Part shown: positions 20,479 through 30,716 of the stretch, piece by piece
Layout: each line of letters opens with the position of its first letter
Numbering within the stretch: position 1 is the first letter of the stretch
DNA from: Myxococcota bacterium
GTDB lineage: Bacteria > Myxococcota_A > UBA9160 > UBA4427
Assembly (NCBI GenBank): GCA_965250285.1
Contig: OZ252299.1
Location: 320,001 to 384,000 of the forward strand
Length of the DNA stretch: 64,000 nucleotides
Direction: 5' to 3'
Position numbers and translations under genes: made by a program
Notes under the pieces: model-generated
What the model was told of the DNA's origin: nothing
The model's database searches: none
What the model saw: the letters and a program-made list of their open reading frames with translations, nothing else

Positions 20479-21471
20479 ATGCCGAACGTCGCCATGTGGG
20501 GCAAGGCGCTGACGGTCATGCCACGGATCGACCGAGCCGAGTGGGACGGGCTCGATCTCGTTTCGCGCTGGCTCATCGCGTCGAGGGCGGCGGTGATCAT
20601 CATGACGTTCACGTCGTCGGCGTATGCGGGCATGCTCGCGGTCAAGGACGGCGTCTTCGACGGCCTGCTCTTCACGCTCGTCACCCTCGGTCTGTGTCTC
20701 GCCCACGCCACGAACAACTTGATCAACGACCTGACGGATCACTGGAAGGGCGTCGACGAAGACAACTACTTTCGAACGCAGTATGGCCCGCAGACGGTGC
20801 AAGAGGGGTTCCTCTCCGTCCGGCAGCTGATGCTCTATGCCGCGGTGACCGGCGCGGCTGCGCTCGCGGTCGGCGTCTACCTCGTCGTCCTGCGCGGTGA
20901 GATCGTCCTCTGGCTGCTCGCGGCCGGGGCCTTCTTCGTACTCTTCTACACCTTCCCGCTCAAGTACATCGGGATGGGGGAGCCGGCCGTGCTCGTCGTG
21001 TGGGGCCCCCTCATGGTCGGTGGCGGGTACTACGTCATGTCGGGGCATTGGAGCAACGAGGTCGCCATCGCGAGTCTCGCCTACGCGCTCGGCCCGACCG
21101 CCGTGCTCTTCGGCAAGCACATCGACAAGCTCGACGCCGACCAGGCAAAGGGGATCCGGACCCTGCCGGTGATCCTCGGCGAACGCGGGTCGCGCGCGTG
21201 CGTCGTCGGCATGCTGCTCGCGCAGTTCGGGGTCGTCGGATATCTCGTGGCGACGGGCTATTTCGGCTGGCCCGTCTTGTTGTGCTTCGCGGCTGCGCCG
21301 TCGCTCCGCCGGGTGTTCTCGGTCTACGCACAGCCGCGGCCCGCCGAGGCGCCGCCGGAACTGCCCGATGGGGTGTGGCCGCTCTGGTTCGTCGCGGCGG
21401 CCTTCTGGTACACCCGGCGCTTCGGCCTGTTCTTCGTCGCCGGTCTGGTGATCGACTTGCTGATCGGCTGA
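20479..21471 (+). CDS. menA: UbiA-family prenyltransferase, MenA-like
   Basis: HATNNLINDLTDHWKGVD, YTFPLKYIGMGE, HIDKLDADQAKGIRTLPVILG; multiple TM helices. Confidence 0.8.
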   Translation: MPNVAMWGKALTVMPRIDRAEWDGLDLVSRWLIASRAAVIIMTFTSSAYAGMLAVKDGVFDGLLFTLVTLGLCLAHATNNLINDLTDHWKGVDEDNYFRTQYGPQTVQEGFLSVRQLMLYAAVTGAAALAVGVYLVVLRGEIVLWLLAAGAFFVLFYTFPLKYIGMGEPAVLVVWGPLMVGGGYYVMSGHWSNEVAIASLAYALGPTAVLFGKHIDKLDADQAKGIRTLPVILGERGSRACVVGMLLAQFGVVGYLVATGYFGWPVLLCFAAAPSLRRVFSVYAQPRPAEAPPELPDGVWPLWFVAAAFWYTRRFGLFFVAGLVIDLLIG

Positions 21472-21483
21472 GTGCGGGACGGC

Positions 21484-22485
21484 TCAGGTCAACAGCTCTT
21501 CGGCGCCGATCGACTCGGGGCCGTGGCCGTGCTTGCGTGCGCCGAGGAGCGCGGCGAGCGCCCGGGCGTTCGCCGGCGTCGGGACGGCGTGCCGCGTACC
21601 CAGATCGATGATGCGTTGGTGAAAGCGATCGGCTTCGAGCCCGAGGCGCCGGTCGTCGAGAGCACGCCAGACCGCGTTGTAGACGGGCAGGGCGCGGGCG
21701 CTGGTGCCGCCTGCCAGTGAGGCGCGCTGATATGCGGCTTCTTCGGCCAGCGTTCGATCGTTCGCGTCGCAGGGGTGTGCGTCGATGCCGGCTGCGGCGA
21801 GCACGTCTGCAGCCTCGTCGAGCAACCGCGCCTTGACCTCGACGAAAGCGCTCGTGGTGTGATCGGCGCGCTGCACGAGCGCGTTCGGTGTACTCATCAG
21901 GTTGATGCAGAGCTTCAACCATTTGTCGCGCTCGATGGCCGGCGAACGGCCGACCGAGAAGCCGGCGCGCTCGGCGGCACACGCGAGAGGCTCGAGACGC
22001 GGCCCGCACCCTCTCGGATGATCGCCGAGCACGATGCGTCCGGCGCCGTGGGTGTAGACACGCGTGTCGTCTTGCCGCGTGCAGGTCTGGCGAAACACGA
22101 GGCCCGCGACCCGGTCGGCCAGCGAAGCCACTCGGGCCTCGTTGTCGACGTCGTTCTGTGCGCAGACGAACAGCGCGTGCGGGGCGGTGCGAACGAGGTC
22201 GAAGGCTCCGCCGTCGAGCTCGGTGGTGCGCATGCACAGCACGATCGTTCCGCGGCGCGCCGCGTCGGGGAGGGCATCGGGCGACGGGACCGCCTCGACG
22301 CGCGCCGAGAAGCTCTTGTCATCGGCGAGGTCGCGCACCGTGACCCCGCGCGCGTTCAGCGCCTCGGCTGCTTCGGCGCGGCGGGTGACGACACAGACGC
22401 GCTCGCCGGCGCGTGCGAGCCGACCGCCCAGCGAGAGTCCGATCGAACCGGCACCGACGATCGTGATCACGCTCGAATCCCCCAC
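21484..22485 (-). CDS. ketopantoate reductase (PanE/ApbA) family protein, divergent
   Basis: GAGSIG Rossmann motif, KWLKLCIN (Lys), LEAD (Glu), VPTPAN. Confidence 0.8.
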   Translation of the reverse strand: MGDSSVITIVGAGSIGLSLGGRLARAGERVCVVTRRAEAAEALNARGVTVRDLADDKSFSARVEAVPSPDALPDAARRGTIVLCMRTTELDGGAFDLVRTAPHALFVCAQNDVDNEARVASLADRVAGLVFRQTCTRQDDTRVYTHGAGRIVLGDHPRGCGPRLEPLACAAERAGFSVGRSPAIERDKWLKLCINLMSTPNALVQRADHTTSAFVEVKARLLDEAADVLAAAGIDAHPCDANDRTLAEEAAYQRASLAGGTSARALPVYNAVWRALDDRRLGLEADRFHQRIIDLGTRHAVPTPANARALAALLGARKHGHGPESIGAEELLT

Positions 22486-22585
22486 CCATCCAGCCGCGCA
22501 CGGTGCGGCGGGGACGGGCGGCGCGGAGCCTAGCAGCGGCGTCGCTGCGCCGGTGGTCTTCGCCGAGCGGCGATCGCGCGGCGGG

Positions 22586-23563
22586 TCAGTTGGGGCTCGC
22601 CGGCGGTGATCCGCCGAACGTGACGTTCAGCGTAAAGCTCTGGGTCGCCTTGCCGCCCATGCGATCATCGACCTCGAGCTCGATCGGATGCGCGCCCGCG
22701 TTCGCCTCGCGAGGCTGCCACGTGACCTTGCCGCCGAGTACGTCGACGTCCATCCCCGGCGGTCCCTCGATCAGCCGATACATGAACGCGCGGTCTCCAT
22801 CGGGATCCTCGGCCGTCAACTGATAGCGGAAGAACCCATCGGGCCCGATGGCGCCGGGTGTCGAGGTGATCTGCGGCTGTGCGTTGGCCACCTCGATCTC
22901 CTGGCTGCGCAGCGTGTCGCTGTCGGCGTAGCCATCCGACGCCACGACCTCGAGCACGACGCGGTCACCGCGTGAGAACTCGCCGCCGTCGATCGTCGGC
23001 CCCGACTCGAAGAGTCGGCGGCCGTTCACGTACCACGTGTACTTGAAGGTGAGCGGGTCGCCGTCGGGGTCGACCGCGTTGGGCAGGGCAGCCATGCTCT
23101 GGCCGGCAAACCAAGTGCCCGACGGCTCGAATCGAATCGACTCGATGCGCGGCTCGCCATTGCCGAGACTCACCGACGCCGTCATCGGCTGGCTCTGGGC
23201 CTGCCCGTCGTCGGCGACGACCGACACCTCGACCTTCGCGCCGCGTCCCGCGTTCTCGAGGTCGAAGCTCGGCCCCTCGCCGACCTGTCGCCCGTTGACG
23301 GACCACGTATAGCGAGCGACCGCGCGATCACCGTCGGCGTCGCTGACCTTCACCTGCGCCTGCACGGTGTCGGAAGCCGTCGGTGCGCTCGGCGTGATCG
23401 TGACGCGTTCGACCGTGGGAGGCGTGTTGCCTGCAGCCGCCGATGCCTGCTGGGTCGGCTGCCCGGTCGGCGCGTGGGTCGCTTCGGGTGCATCGCTTCC
23501 GCACGCGACCGCGCCCATCAGCGCGGCGGCGAGCAGGGTGCCCTCGAGCTTGAATCGAAACAT
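22586..23563 (-). CDS. lipoprotein with three Ig-like/cadherin-like repeats
   Basis: Lipobox GAVA-C; three N-x-x-P...DxDGD repeats, the last resembling a putative Ig (He_PIG) domain. Confidence 0.8.
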   Translation of the reverse strand: MFRFKLEGTLLAAALMGAVACGSDAPEATHAPTGQPTQQASAAAGNTPPTVERVTITPSAPTASDTVQAQVKVSDADGDRAVARYTWSVNGRQVGEGPSFDLENAGRGAKVEVSVVADDGQAQSQPMTASVSLGNGEPRIESIRFEPSGTWFAGQSMAALPNAVDPDGDPLTFKYTWYVNGRRLFESGPTIDGGEFSRGDRVVLEVVASDGYADSDTLRSQEIEVANAQPQITSTPGAIGPDGFFRYQLTAEDPDGDRAFMYRLIEGPPGMDVDVLGGKVTWQPREANAGAHPIELEVDDRMGGKATQSFTLNVTFGGSPPASPN

Positions 23564-23630
23564 GTCTGTCCTCTCCCGAATCGGGCGATGTCGCTCCGAC
23601 ATAACCGATCGGCCCCCTCCCGAGAGAGCC

Positions 23631-23951
23631 TTAGTCTTCGATCAGTTCGTGAACTCGCAGAGTGACGACGACCGGTCTGGCGTTGGTCTCGCGCACGACG
23701 TACGTGACCTCTCGGTCGATGTGCTGGTCGAGGCGTTCGAGTGTGGTTTTCTGCCCACGGTGGTCGTACAGCTTCGTGGCCGCGTCGACGGTGTAGGGCT
23801 CGAAGTCGATCCAGACGCTCGATCCGCCCGGCTCCACGTCCGTCAGCGTCCCGGCGCTCCCGTGCTTGCCCCAGGCTGCGACCGAGAGCGGCAGCAGGAT
23901 GAGTGCGAGCAGCAGCGCGAAGCCTCCGATCGCCATCGTGTTGTTTCTCAT
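23631..23951 (-). CDS. small exported hypothetical protein
   Basis: Signal peptide, beta-rich mature part, GGGAG RBS; lies directly downstream of pilY1. Confidence 0.7.
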   Translation of the reverse strand: MRNNTMAIGGFALLLALILLPLSVAAWGKHGSAGTLTDVEPGGSSVWIDFEPYTVDAATKLYDHRGQKTTLERLDQHIDREVTYVVRETNARPVVVTLRVHELIED

Positions 23952-23988
23952 GGCTCGTCTCCCTTCGTGCAGCCCGGCCCGCGTGGGC

Positions 23989-26900
23989 TCAACGCTGCCG
24001 CCACGACTTGATCCGCACGCCGGCATTGTCGATCGAGCCGGGGCAGTCGTTCGTGATGCTGCCGTCGCTGGTGATCATGACGACCTTGTTGCGGCAGTCG
24101 CCCGAGTTCGAGCCGCCCTGGTTCAGGTCGCCCACCGAGATTCGGGGGCGCGTCGGAATGCCTCCGCCGACCTCGCGACGACGGTCGTTCGCCGGCACGC
24201 CCGTGCCTCCACCGAAGGTCGGGTTGCCGCACTCGATGTCGAACGAGAACACGTAGCCGGTGCCCGATGACTCACAGGCGCCGCCCGGTGCGTAGGGGTC
24301 GGGCGGGACGTACGAGCCGCTGATGACCTGGCCGAGGAAGATCACGCTGTTGGTGATGAACTTCTCGGCATCGAAGCCGCGGAAGAAGTAGCCCTCACCG
24401 CTCGCCTTGAGCGTGGTGCAGTCGGCGGGGAAGTTCGAGTCGAGGTCGTTGAGATCGCCGTCCCGCATCTGATCGGCGATCGGCAGGTACGTGGCGCCCT
24501 CGTTCTCGAGCGGGTCGCGATCCTTGATCACGTAGTAGCGGTTGTTGTTCGACGGATCGTTGTCGCCGTAGTGCGAATCGGGGCCCTTCGGGTTCGCGCG
24601 CTCGCCCGCGCCGATGGCGAGGTGGAGCACGCCCGACGCGATCGTGCCGGTCGGCGGGAAGAAGAAGCTCTGGTAGTGGACCGTCTTGTCGTACGAGCCG
24701 CCCGAGCGCTCGAGCGCCGGCTTGTCGGGCTGCGCCGCGAAGAAGAGACGGAACGGCCAGTTCGGCTGGGCCGGGTTCGCGTTGTCGCTGCCCGGCGTGT
24801 TGTTGATCGGGTCGTGGCCGATGTCGCTGATCACCCACTTCCAGATGTTGCCGCCGAGATCGGGGATGTAGATGACGTCGGCGTAGCCATCGAAGTCGAG
24901 GTCGTACACCGCGGGCGCCGAGGCGAACGCGTAGAGCATCTGCTCGAAGCCGATCTGCGTGCCGTTGATCGACGTGTTGTTCGGATCGAAGAACTTCGCG
25001 GCGAGCAGCTTGCCCGTCGTGATGTCGATCATCAGGATCGCGCGGCCCGCTTTCGCCGCCGGATCGTAGTCGGGCTCGCCCGCGTTGCTCTTGAGGTTCG
25101 GGTCGCTCTCGGGGTCGTAGCCGGCCCCGACGATCGCCACCCAGCGCTCGTGGCCCTGGGGACTACCGCCATTCACGGCGACCTTCACGCGCGTGATGAT
25201 CGGCTCGGACCACGTGAGGCCCATGTAGTCCTGGTACGTCAGGCCGCCCGGCACCGAGCCGGCGCCCGTGCACGCGGTCGCGTTGCCCTCGCACGGAAAG
25301 CTCCAGAGGGTGAGCGGATAGGCGGCCGACGCCTTGGCGGCAGCGGCGCTCTCCTGCGGCTCGGTGATGTCGAGCGCGTAGAGCATGCGGCCGCCGTTGC
25401 GCAGTCCGCCCATGATGATCGTCCGCCACTGCTGCTTGACCTGGTCGACGTAGGTCGCGGCCGGCAGCAGTCCGCCTCGGGGCAGGCCCCCCGACACGCT
25501 GCGGTAGAACCAGACGTCCGCCGCCACCGGCGGCGCGTCGACCGATTCGAGGGTGCGCGGGAAGCTGGTCTGGGTCGGCAGCTCCCAGATCTTCTGACGC
25601 ACCTCGTATGGCATGTACCCCATGATCTCTTCGCCGGTACCCGCGTCATGGCGCGGGATCGGAAGGGTCTGGGTCGAGCCAGCGTCATCGACGTACGTCG
25701 TGCGCCAGGTCCCTGCATGGAAGCCATGGAGGAAGCCGTCGTTGGCGCCGGCGTAGATCACTCGCGGTCGCTGGCGCTTGTCGAGCGCGAAGTCTCGGTA
25801 GCTCGCCGAGTTGATCGCCGAGTTCGGTGAGCCGACGACCACGGGATTCGAGTGGAAGATGTCGCCCAGGTAGACCTTGTGGGTCTGCTCCTCGTTGAGT
25901 CGCGGCGTGCAGGGGCTGCTGTCGAACTCGCAGCCCGAGATGTGCTCGACGATCGCGTCGGCGAGCGCCCCAGGCCCCGAGCCGATGGCCGTCGACGAGG
26001 CGTAGGGCTCGGCCGCCTGCACGAGCGACAGCAGCGTGCCCCCGCCGTCGACGATCTCGAGGTCGAACTCGTCCATCTCGGTCGAGTCCCAGCTCGCGGG
26101 CTTCGTGAACGGCGTCGGCGAGTTTGCCTCGACCAGGAGGTTTCGGCTGAGCGGCGCCGGCACCTCATCGGCCGCGTCCCAGTAGCCCTCGGCGAAGAGG
26201 TCGAACTGCCCACCAGCCTGGCAGGTGGGGTTCGGCACGACGTTGCCGCTCGCGCCCGTCGCGCAGTAGCCGTTCTTGTCGAGAATGTCGCCCAACGCGG
26301 TGAACTCGAAGCTCTTGAGGTGTCCCTCCCAGAGGCCCGTGTCCTCCTTCGGGAGGAAGTAGCTCGAGTAGAAGTGGTTGCCGTCGGTCGTTCGGCTCGC
26401 AGGGACCGTCGCCGAGGTGAAGGCCTGGGCCTTGTCGATCATGTCGGCGATCGCCGAGACGAGGTCGTCCTCGAGCTGGTCGGCGTCGGAGCTCTCGAAG
26501 TAGAGCCCGTTGCCGCGCTTGGCTGCGCGCTCGAGCGCCGAGCCGTAATTCAGCGAGTTGGGGTCGAGCTCGTCGCCTTCCTCGGCGTCGGGATCCTGCT
26601 GGGTCTCCATCGAGTAGCCGACGGTATAGGTGTCGATGACCTGCACACCCGGCAGATCGGGGCGGTAGTCGTAGCGGTTCATGAACAGCGCGATGTCGTC
26701 GAGCAGGTTCATGCTGCCACTGGCGGGCGCCTCGTCTCTGCCTTCGTCGGGCAGGGTACTGCCCGGGTTGTCGGGGTCGGGCATGCGGAAGTGGTCGCCG
26801 ATCAGCTCATAGAAGATGTCGTAGCCGCGATCGGTGCCGGTATCGAAGTCGACGGGCAGATTGTTGTCGGCGCCGAAGATGTCGTAGATGTCCTCGTCGC

Positions 26901-28650
26901 GATCGGTGAAGTCGTCGCCGGCCGACCCACCGTCGGTGATGATGAGGATGAAGCTCTTCTGGCACGCGTACTGGATGGGGTCGGGGGCCGCGAAGCCGTC
27001 GAAGACCGTCGAGCCCGCAGCGGGGATCGCCGCATCCTCGTCGTAGTCGCCCGGGTCCGAGCCCATGAAGACGCCGCCCACCTCGTAGAGCGAGCTCGGG
27101 GGCGTATTGGCGGCGTTGTACATCGTGTCCCGCTTGGGGTCGTAGAGGGACATGTCGTAGTTGTAGACCGGGAACTTGTGGGTCGCGCCTGCCAGCTCGA
27201 CCCCGTCGCGCTGGCTGCCCTCGATGTCGCGGCCATAGGGCATGTCGGCCGCGGTACGCGGCATGAAGTACGTGTAGAGCTGGAAGAGACCCTCGTTGAG
27301 CGGCGTCTGCGCGTCGGGCGTCGAGTTGTCGATCGCCTTGAGCAGGTGCTCCTCGTGGGTCAGCGTCTCACCGTGGAGCGTGTACGTCATGGGCGATCCC
27401 AGCGCCTTGTCGCGGTACCAGTCCATCACGGGCACCGCCACGTAGGCACCGTTGTCGTCGCCGCTCTTGCCGTGGTACCGGAACTGGGCGTAGCCGAAGC
27501 GCACGCCGGTATCGGTCTGCTCGTTCACGCGGCAGATCAGCTGGCGCAGAATCAGCTTGAGCGCCTGGATGCGGGTCCGGCGATAGGTCCAGTAGTACCG
27601 CGGCTCGGGGGCGCCACCGACCGTGCCGAGCGTGAGGCAGCCCGCCTTCTCGCGCTTGCCGTCATTGATGCCGATGCCGCTCGAGTTGGCGAGGGTGTAG
27701 TCGCGCTCGACGTCGAACGTTTCGCGGCGCGCGGTGGCGCCGTAGCTGCTGAAGAGGAAGTCGAGGTACTCGGGCTTGAACTGAGTGGTCGAAGTGCCGT
27801 CGATCGCGGAAGCGAAGGGGTCGTCCTTGTCCCACAAGGAGTAGTTCGATGCGTCGACCCCGCAGATCGTGCTGCCGGGCGCAAAGCGAAGGGTGAGGGG
27901 GTCCATCCCGACGGATCGGAGCGCCGATGCATCGCTGATGTACGAGAGCGACTTGGCCTTGCTGCCCTTCGGGTTGTTGCTCGAGCCACCGTTCTTCAGC
28001 TCGTAGTAGAGCAGACGGTCGCCGTCAGCCGGCTCGTAGTTGCCGTCGCCATCGTCGTCGTAGAACAAATGGGTGCCGTCGTAATCCTGGATCGGCACCT
28101 CTCGACCGGTGCCGATGCCGTTCTTCGTATCCCAATTGGTCTGGTTCGTCGTCTCCGGGTTGAGCATCCGGTGATAGAGCCAGATCTCGCCGTCGGCCTC
28201 TTGCTGCACGCCGTCGCGGTTGAGGTCGAGGAAGAGATGGTTCCCATCCATGTCGTTGATCGGAAAGTCGAGCTCGTGCGCCTGCGTGTTCTTCCGGTAG
28301 AACGCCTGGATGCCGTTCACGTTGGTGTAGTTCTGCAGCGTGGGCGTGTCGTAGACGCGGATGCTGCCGGTGTTGTCTCGGAACCACCGGCACTCGGTCT
28401 GGTTCTTGTTGGAGACCGTCGTGAACCCGCCCGAGCCGTCCGGCACCTTGTGGCTGCCTTCGTAGTCGCGGTGGGTCACGACGTTCCGCATCGAGCTCGA
28501 GTTGTCGACGAAGAACAGGATGTTCGGCGGGATCGCGCGTCGGAAGAGGTCCGTATCGTTGGCGATCGCGTTCGATGCAGGGATGAAGAGAGCCGCGGAG
28601 AGCGTCAGCAGAGCGAGTGCGGCGGTGTTGCGGCGGGTCTCGGGGATCAT
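23989..28650 (-). CDS. pilY1: PilY1/PilC type IV pilus tip adhesin (vWA domain plus beta-propeller)
   Basis: Signal peptide; vWA MIDAS residues (FVDNSSSM, TPL, ITDG); LGDIFHSNP, YAGANDGFLHGF, GLTWSEP and DLDFDGYAD propeller motifs. Confidence 0.9.
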   Translation of the reverse strand: MIPETRRNTAALALLTLSAALFIPASNAIANDTDLFRRAIPPNILFFVDNSSSMRNVVTHRDYEGSHKVPDGSGGFTTVSNKNQTECRWFRDNTGSIRVYDTPTLQNYTNVNGIQAFYRKNTQAHELDFPINDMDGNHLFLDLNRDGVQQEADGEIWLYHRMLNPETTNQTNWDTKNGIGTGREVPIQDYDGTHLFYDDDGDGNYEPADGDRLLYYELKNGGSSNNPKGSKAKSLSYISDASALRSVGMDPLTLRFAPGSTICGVDASNYSLWDKDDPFASAIDGTSTTQFKPEYLDFLFSSYGATARRETFDVERDYTLANSSGIGINDGKREKAGCLTLGTVGGAPEPRYYWTYRRTRIQALKLILRQLICRVNEQTDTGVRFGYAQFRYHGKSGDDNGAYVAVPVMDWYRDKALGSPMTYTLHGETLTHEEHLLKAIDNSTPDAQTPLNEGLFQLYTYFMPRTAADMPYGRDIEGSQRDGVELAGATHKFPVYNYDMSLYDPKRDTMYNAANTPPSSLYEVGGVFMGSDPGDYDEDAAIPAAGSTVFDGFAAPDPIQYACQKSFILIITDGGSAGDDFTDRDEDIYDIFGADNNLPVDFDTGTDRGYDIFYELIGDHFRMPDPDNPGSTLPDEGRDEAPASGSMNLLDDIALFMNRYDYRPDLPGVQVIDTYTVGYSMETQQDPDAEEGDELDPNSLNYGSALERAAKRGNGLYFESSDADQLEDDLVSAIADMIDKAQAFTSATVPASRTTDGNHFYSSYFLPKEDTGLWEGHLKSFEFTALGDILDKNGYCATGASGNVVPNPTCQAGGQFDLFAEGYWDAADEVPAPLSRNLLVEANSPTPFTKPASWDSTEMDEFDLEIVDGGGTLLSLVQAAEPYASSTAIGSGPGALADAIVEHISGCEFDSSPCTPRLNEEQTHKVYLGDIFHSNPVVVGSPNSAINSASYRDFALDKRQRPRVIYAGANDGFLHGFHAGTWRTTYVDDAGSTQTLPIPRHDAGTGEEIMGYMPYEVRQKIWELPTQTSFPRTLESVDAPPVAADVWFYRSVSGGLPRGGLLPAATYVDQVKQQWRTIIMGGLRNGGRMLYALDITEPQESAAAAKASAAYPLTLWSFPCEGNATACTGAGSVPGGLTYQDYMGLTWSEPIITRVKVAVNGGSPQGHERWVAIVGAGYDPESDPNLKSNAGEPDYDPAAKAGRAILMIDITTGKLLAAKFFDPNNTSINGTQIGFEQMLYAFASAPAVYDLDFDGYADVIYIPDLGGNIWKWVISDIGHDPINNTPGSDNANPAQPNWPFRLFFAAQPDKPALERSGGSYDKTVHYQSFFFPPTGTIASGVLHLAIGAGERANPKGPDSHYGDNDPSNNNRYYVIKDRDPLENEGATYLPIADQMRDGDLNDLDSNFPADCTTLKASGEGYFFRGFDAEKFITNSVIFLGQVISGSYVPPDPYAPGGACESSGTGYVFSFDIECGNPTFGGGTGVPANDRRREVGGGIPTRPRISVGDLNQGGSNSGDCRNKVVMITSDGSITNDCPGSIDNAGVRIKSWRQR

Positions 28651-28669
28651 GTTCGACGCCTCCGTCGGT

Positions 28670-29188
28670 CTAGTTGAACGCATGGCAGCGCTCGGCCGTC
28701 GCCTGGATCTGTGAAGTCGCGCCGCCCGGCGCCACGCCCTGGACGCGCACGCTCCAGAGGGTCTTCATGTACGTCGCGCCCTGGCCGAGCTCGAGGCTCT
28801 GGCCGAGGCCGCAGGGCTCTGCGTTGCCCATCATGCAGATCTGCGAACCGTTGGGTGCGTCGGGGTCATCGCGATAGAACGCCTGGTTGGGCAGCGTGCG
28901 GTTGGCCAGGGTCTTGCTGGTCACGGTCGCCGTCAGGCACTCCCCCTGAGCGAGCGCCGCGCCGGTGACTTCGCTGCGCAGAATGTCGAGCGACTCGGCG
29001 ACCCCGGCATCGGCGGCGTAGAGAGCCGACTGGGCGAGCTGCGAGTAGCCGGCGACCTGGCGGTCGCGCATCACGGTGTCGAGCGACGCCATGCCGACGA
29101 GCCCCATCAGGGCGAGCATCAGCATGGAGACGAGCAGCGCTGCGCCTGATTCGCGGCGGTTCGTCGAATGATCGGCGGTCTTCCTCAT
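28670..29188 (-). CDS. pilX: PilX-like minor pilin
   Basis: RESG/AALLVSMLML class III signal without Glu5; ALYAADAG; overlaps the pilW stop. Confidence 0.85.
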   Translation of the reverse strand: MRKTADHSTNRRESGAALLVSMLMLALMGLVGMASLDTVMRDRQVAGYSQLAQSALYAADAGVAESLDILRSEVTGAALAQGECLTATVTSKTLANRTLPNQAFYRDDPDAPNGSQICMMGNAEPCGLGQSLELGQGATYMKTLWSVRVQGVAPGGATSQIQATAERCHAFN

Positions 29189-30210
29189 GAGTCGATGTTC
29201 CTCACGCGTACGACCGACGTGTAGACGCGTCGATGTCGGCCGTCGTTGCCGGGGGCCGACACCAGCGTTCGGTTCTCGCGCGCCTGGCCCCGGCCGGCGT
29301 CGTCGCGGTTGCGGGGATCGTCGGAGGCCGTCTGCACGACGACGTGGAAGCGCACCTCGCGCAGCTCGGTCACGTCGCTGTTCATGCTGTTGTAGAGATT
29401 GAGCGTCGTGTCGCCGCGGTACTCGTTGGCATCGACGATGCCGTCCGCATCGGCGTCGAAGAAGAAGGCGGTTTGGAGATCCTCGACGTTCTCGGAGAGC
29501 AGGATCCCGTCCCGCGTGATCTGCGGCGGGTCGACGGCGACGTTGACCGCATAGACGTGCGCCGGCAGCACCTTGAGGTCGCTGGCGCCTCCGGCACCGG
29601 CGAGCGTCGACGCGAAGTCGATCCGGATCGAGCCGGCGTCGACGGCTTCGACGACGCCGCACGCCGTGCCTCGACCGGGGTTCAGCGCATCGACGACGAT
29701 GGCGCCGCCACCGACACGGAAGTCGCTGTCGAGCACGGCGCTGCCCGGATCCTTGAAGTAGGTCGGCGTTCCATCGATCACGATGGTGTCGACGGTGAGG
29801 GTCCGGCTGCCGAGCCCCGGGACAGTGGTCGTCGAGGCGCCCAGCTCGCCCCCGGCGAGATTCTCCGGGAGCTGGTCGACCGGCAAGATGGCGTCGGTGT
29901 CGCTGGTGAAGAGCGTGTCGGGCGCGACGGTGCTGTCGATCGCACAGATCGAGCCCGCGTCGGGCACCATGTAACCCGCATTCCGGATGTCGCGCTCGAG
30001 CATCGTCGCGACGCCGCGCATGCTCTGCTGGGCCTCGGCCACGTCCTCGATCACCGTCGATGTCTGGTGATGCACCGTGAAGGTGCCCAGCGTATAGACG
30101 ACCACGATGACCATCGCGAACGACGCGAGGATCATCTCGACGAGCGAGAAGCCGGCCGAGCGATTAGGGCGAGCGGGCAGGGCGGTGCCCTGGGCGGTCG
30201 GCGTCAGCAT
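29185..30210 (-). CDS. pilW: PilW-like minor pilin
   Basis: SAG/FSLVEMI; LERDIRNAGY; ENVEDLQ; C-terminal VRVRN. Confidence 0.88.
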   Translation of the reverse strand: MLTPTAQGTALPARPNRSAGFSLVEMILASFAMVIVVVYTLGTFTVHHQTSTVIEDVAEAQQSMRGVATMLERDIRNAGYMVPDAGSICAIDSTVAPDTLFTSDTDAILPVDQLPENLAGGELGASTTTVPGLGSRTLTVDTIVIDGTPTYFKDPGSAVLDSDFRVGGGAIVVDALNPGRGTACGVVEAVDAGSIRIDFASTLAGAGGASDLKVLPAHVYAVNVAVDPPQITRDGILLSENVEDLQTAFFFDADADGIVDANEYRGDTTLNLYNSMNSDVTELREVRFHVVVQTASDDPRNRDDAGRGQARENRTLVSAPGNDGRHRRVYTSVVRVRNIDS

Positions 30211-30716
30211 CCGGCACCTCCCCAGTTGTACCGTCGGGTGGCGAGGCGCATACGCTTCGGCGTCGACATGTTCTCTTCTTGCCAGCGCACGTTGACCTCG
30301 ATGTCGCGCACGCAGGCGGAGACGTCGGTGACGGTCCACGTGACGTTGTAGGTCTCCTCGATCGACTGGGCGCCGCCGTCGGGGCGATCGATGCCGGTCG
30401 TGACCTGATTGCCCTGGTTCGTCCAGAACACGTTCGTCTCTGCACCGGCGCCGGCAGCGAGCGCGTTCGTAAGCTCGGCCCAGCTGACGCGCTGCATCTG
30501 TTCGAGGTAGCTGCGTGCGACCGCCGAGGCGTCGCCGGTGTGGCGACCCGCCGAGCCCTGCTTGAGCGCGTGAATCTGCATGGTCGCGAGGGTGAGCAGG
30601 CCGAAACCCATCACGACGAGCGCGATCATGACCTCGAGCAGCGTGAAGCCGCCGCGGCGCCGTTGGCCGTCGCTGGGCAGCGAAGCGCCACCGCGGCATC
30701 CTCGACCGTCCTTCAT
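30204..30716 (-). CDS. pilV: PilV-like minor pilin
   Basis: RRGG/FTLLEVMIALVVMGFGLL; TGATG coupling to the upstream gene. Confidence 0.85.
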   Translation of the reverse strand: MKDGRGCRGGASLPSDGQRRRGGFTLLEVMIALVVMGFGLLTLATMQIHALKQGSAGRHTGDASAVARSYLEQMQRVSWAELTNALAAGAGAETNVFWTNQGNQVTTGIDRPDGGAQSIEETYNVTWTVTDVSACVRDIEVNVRWQEENMSTPKRMRLATRRYNWGGAGC

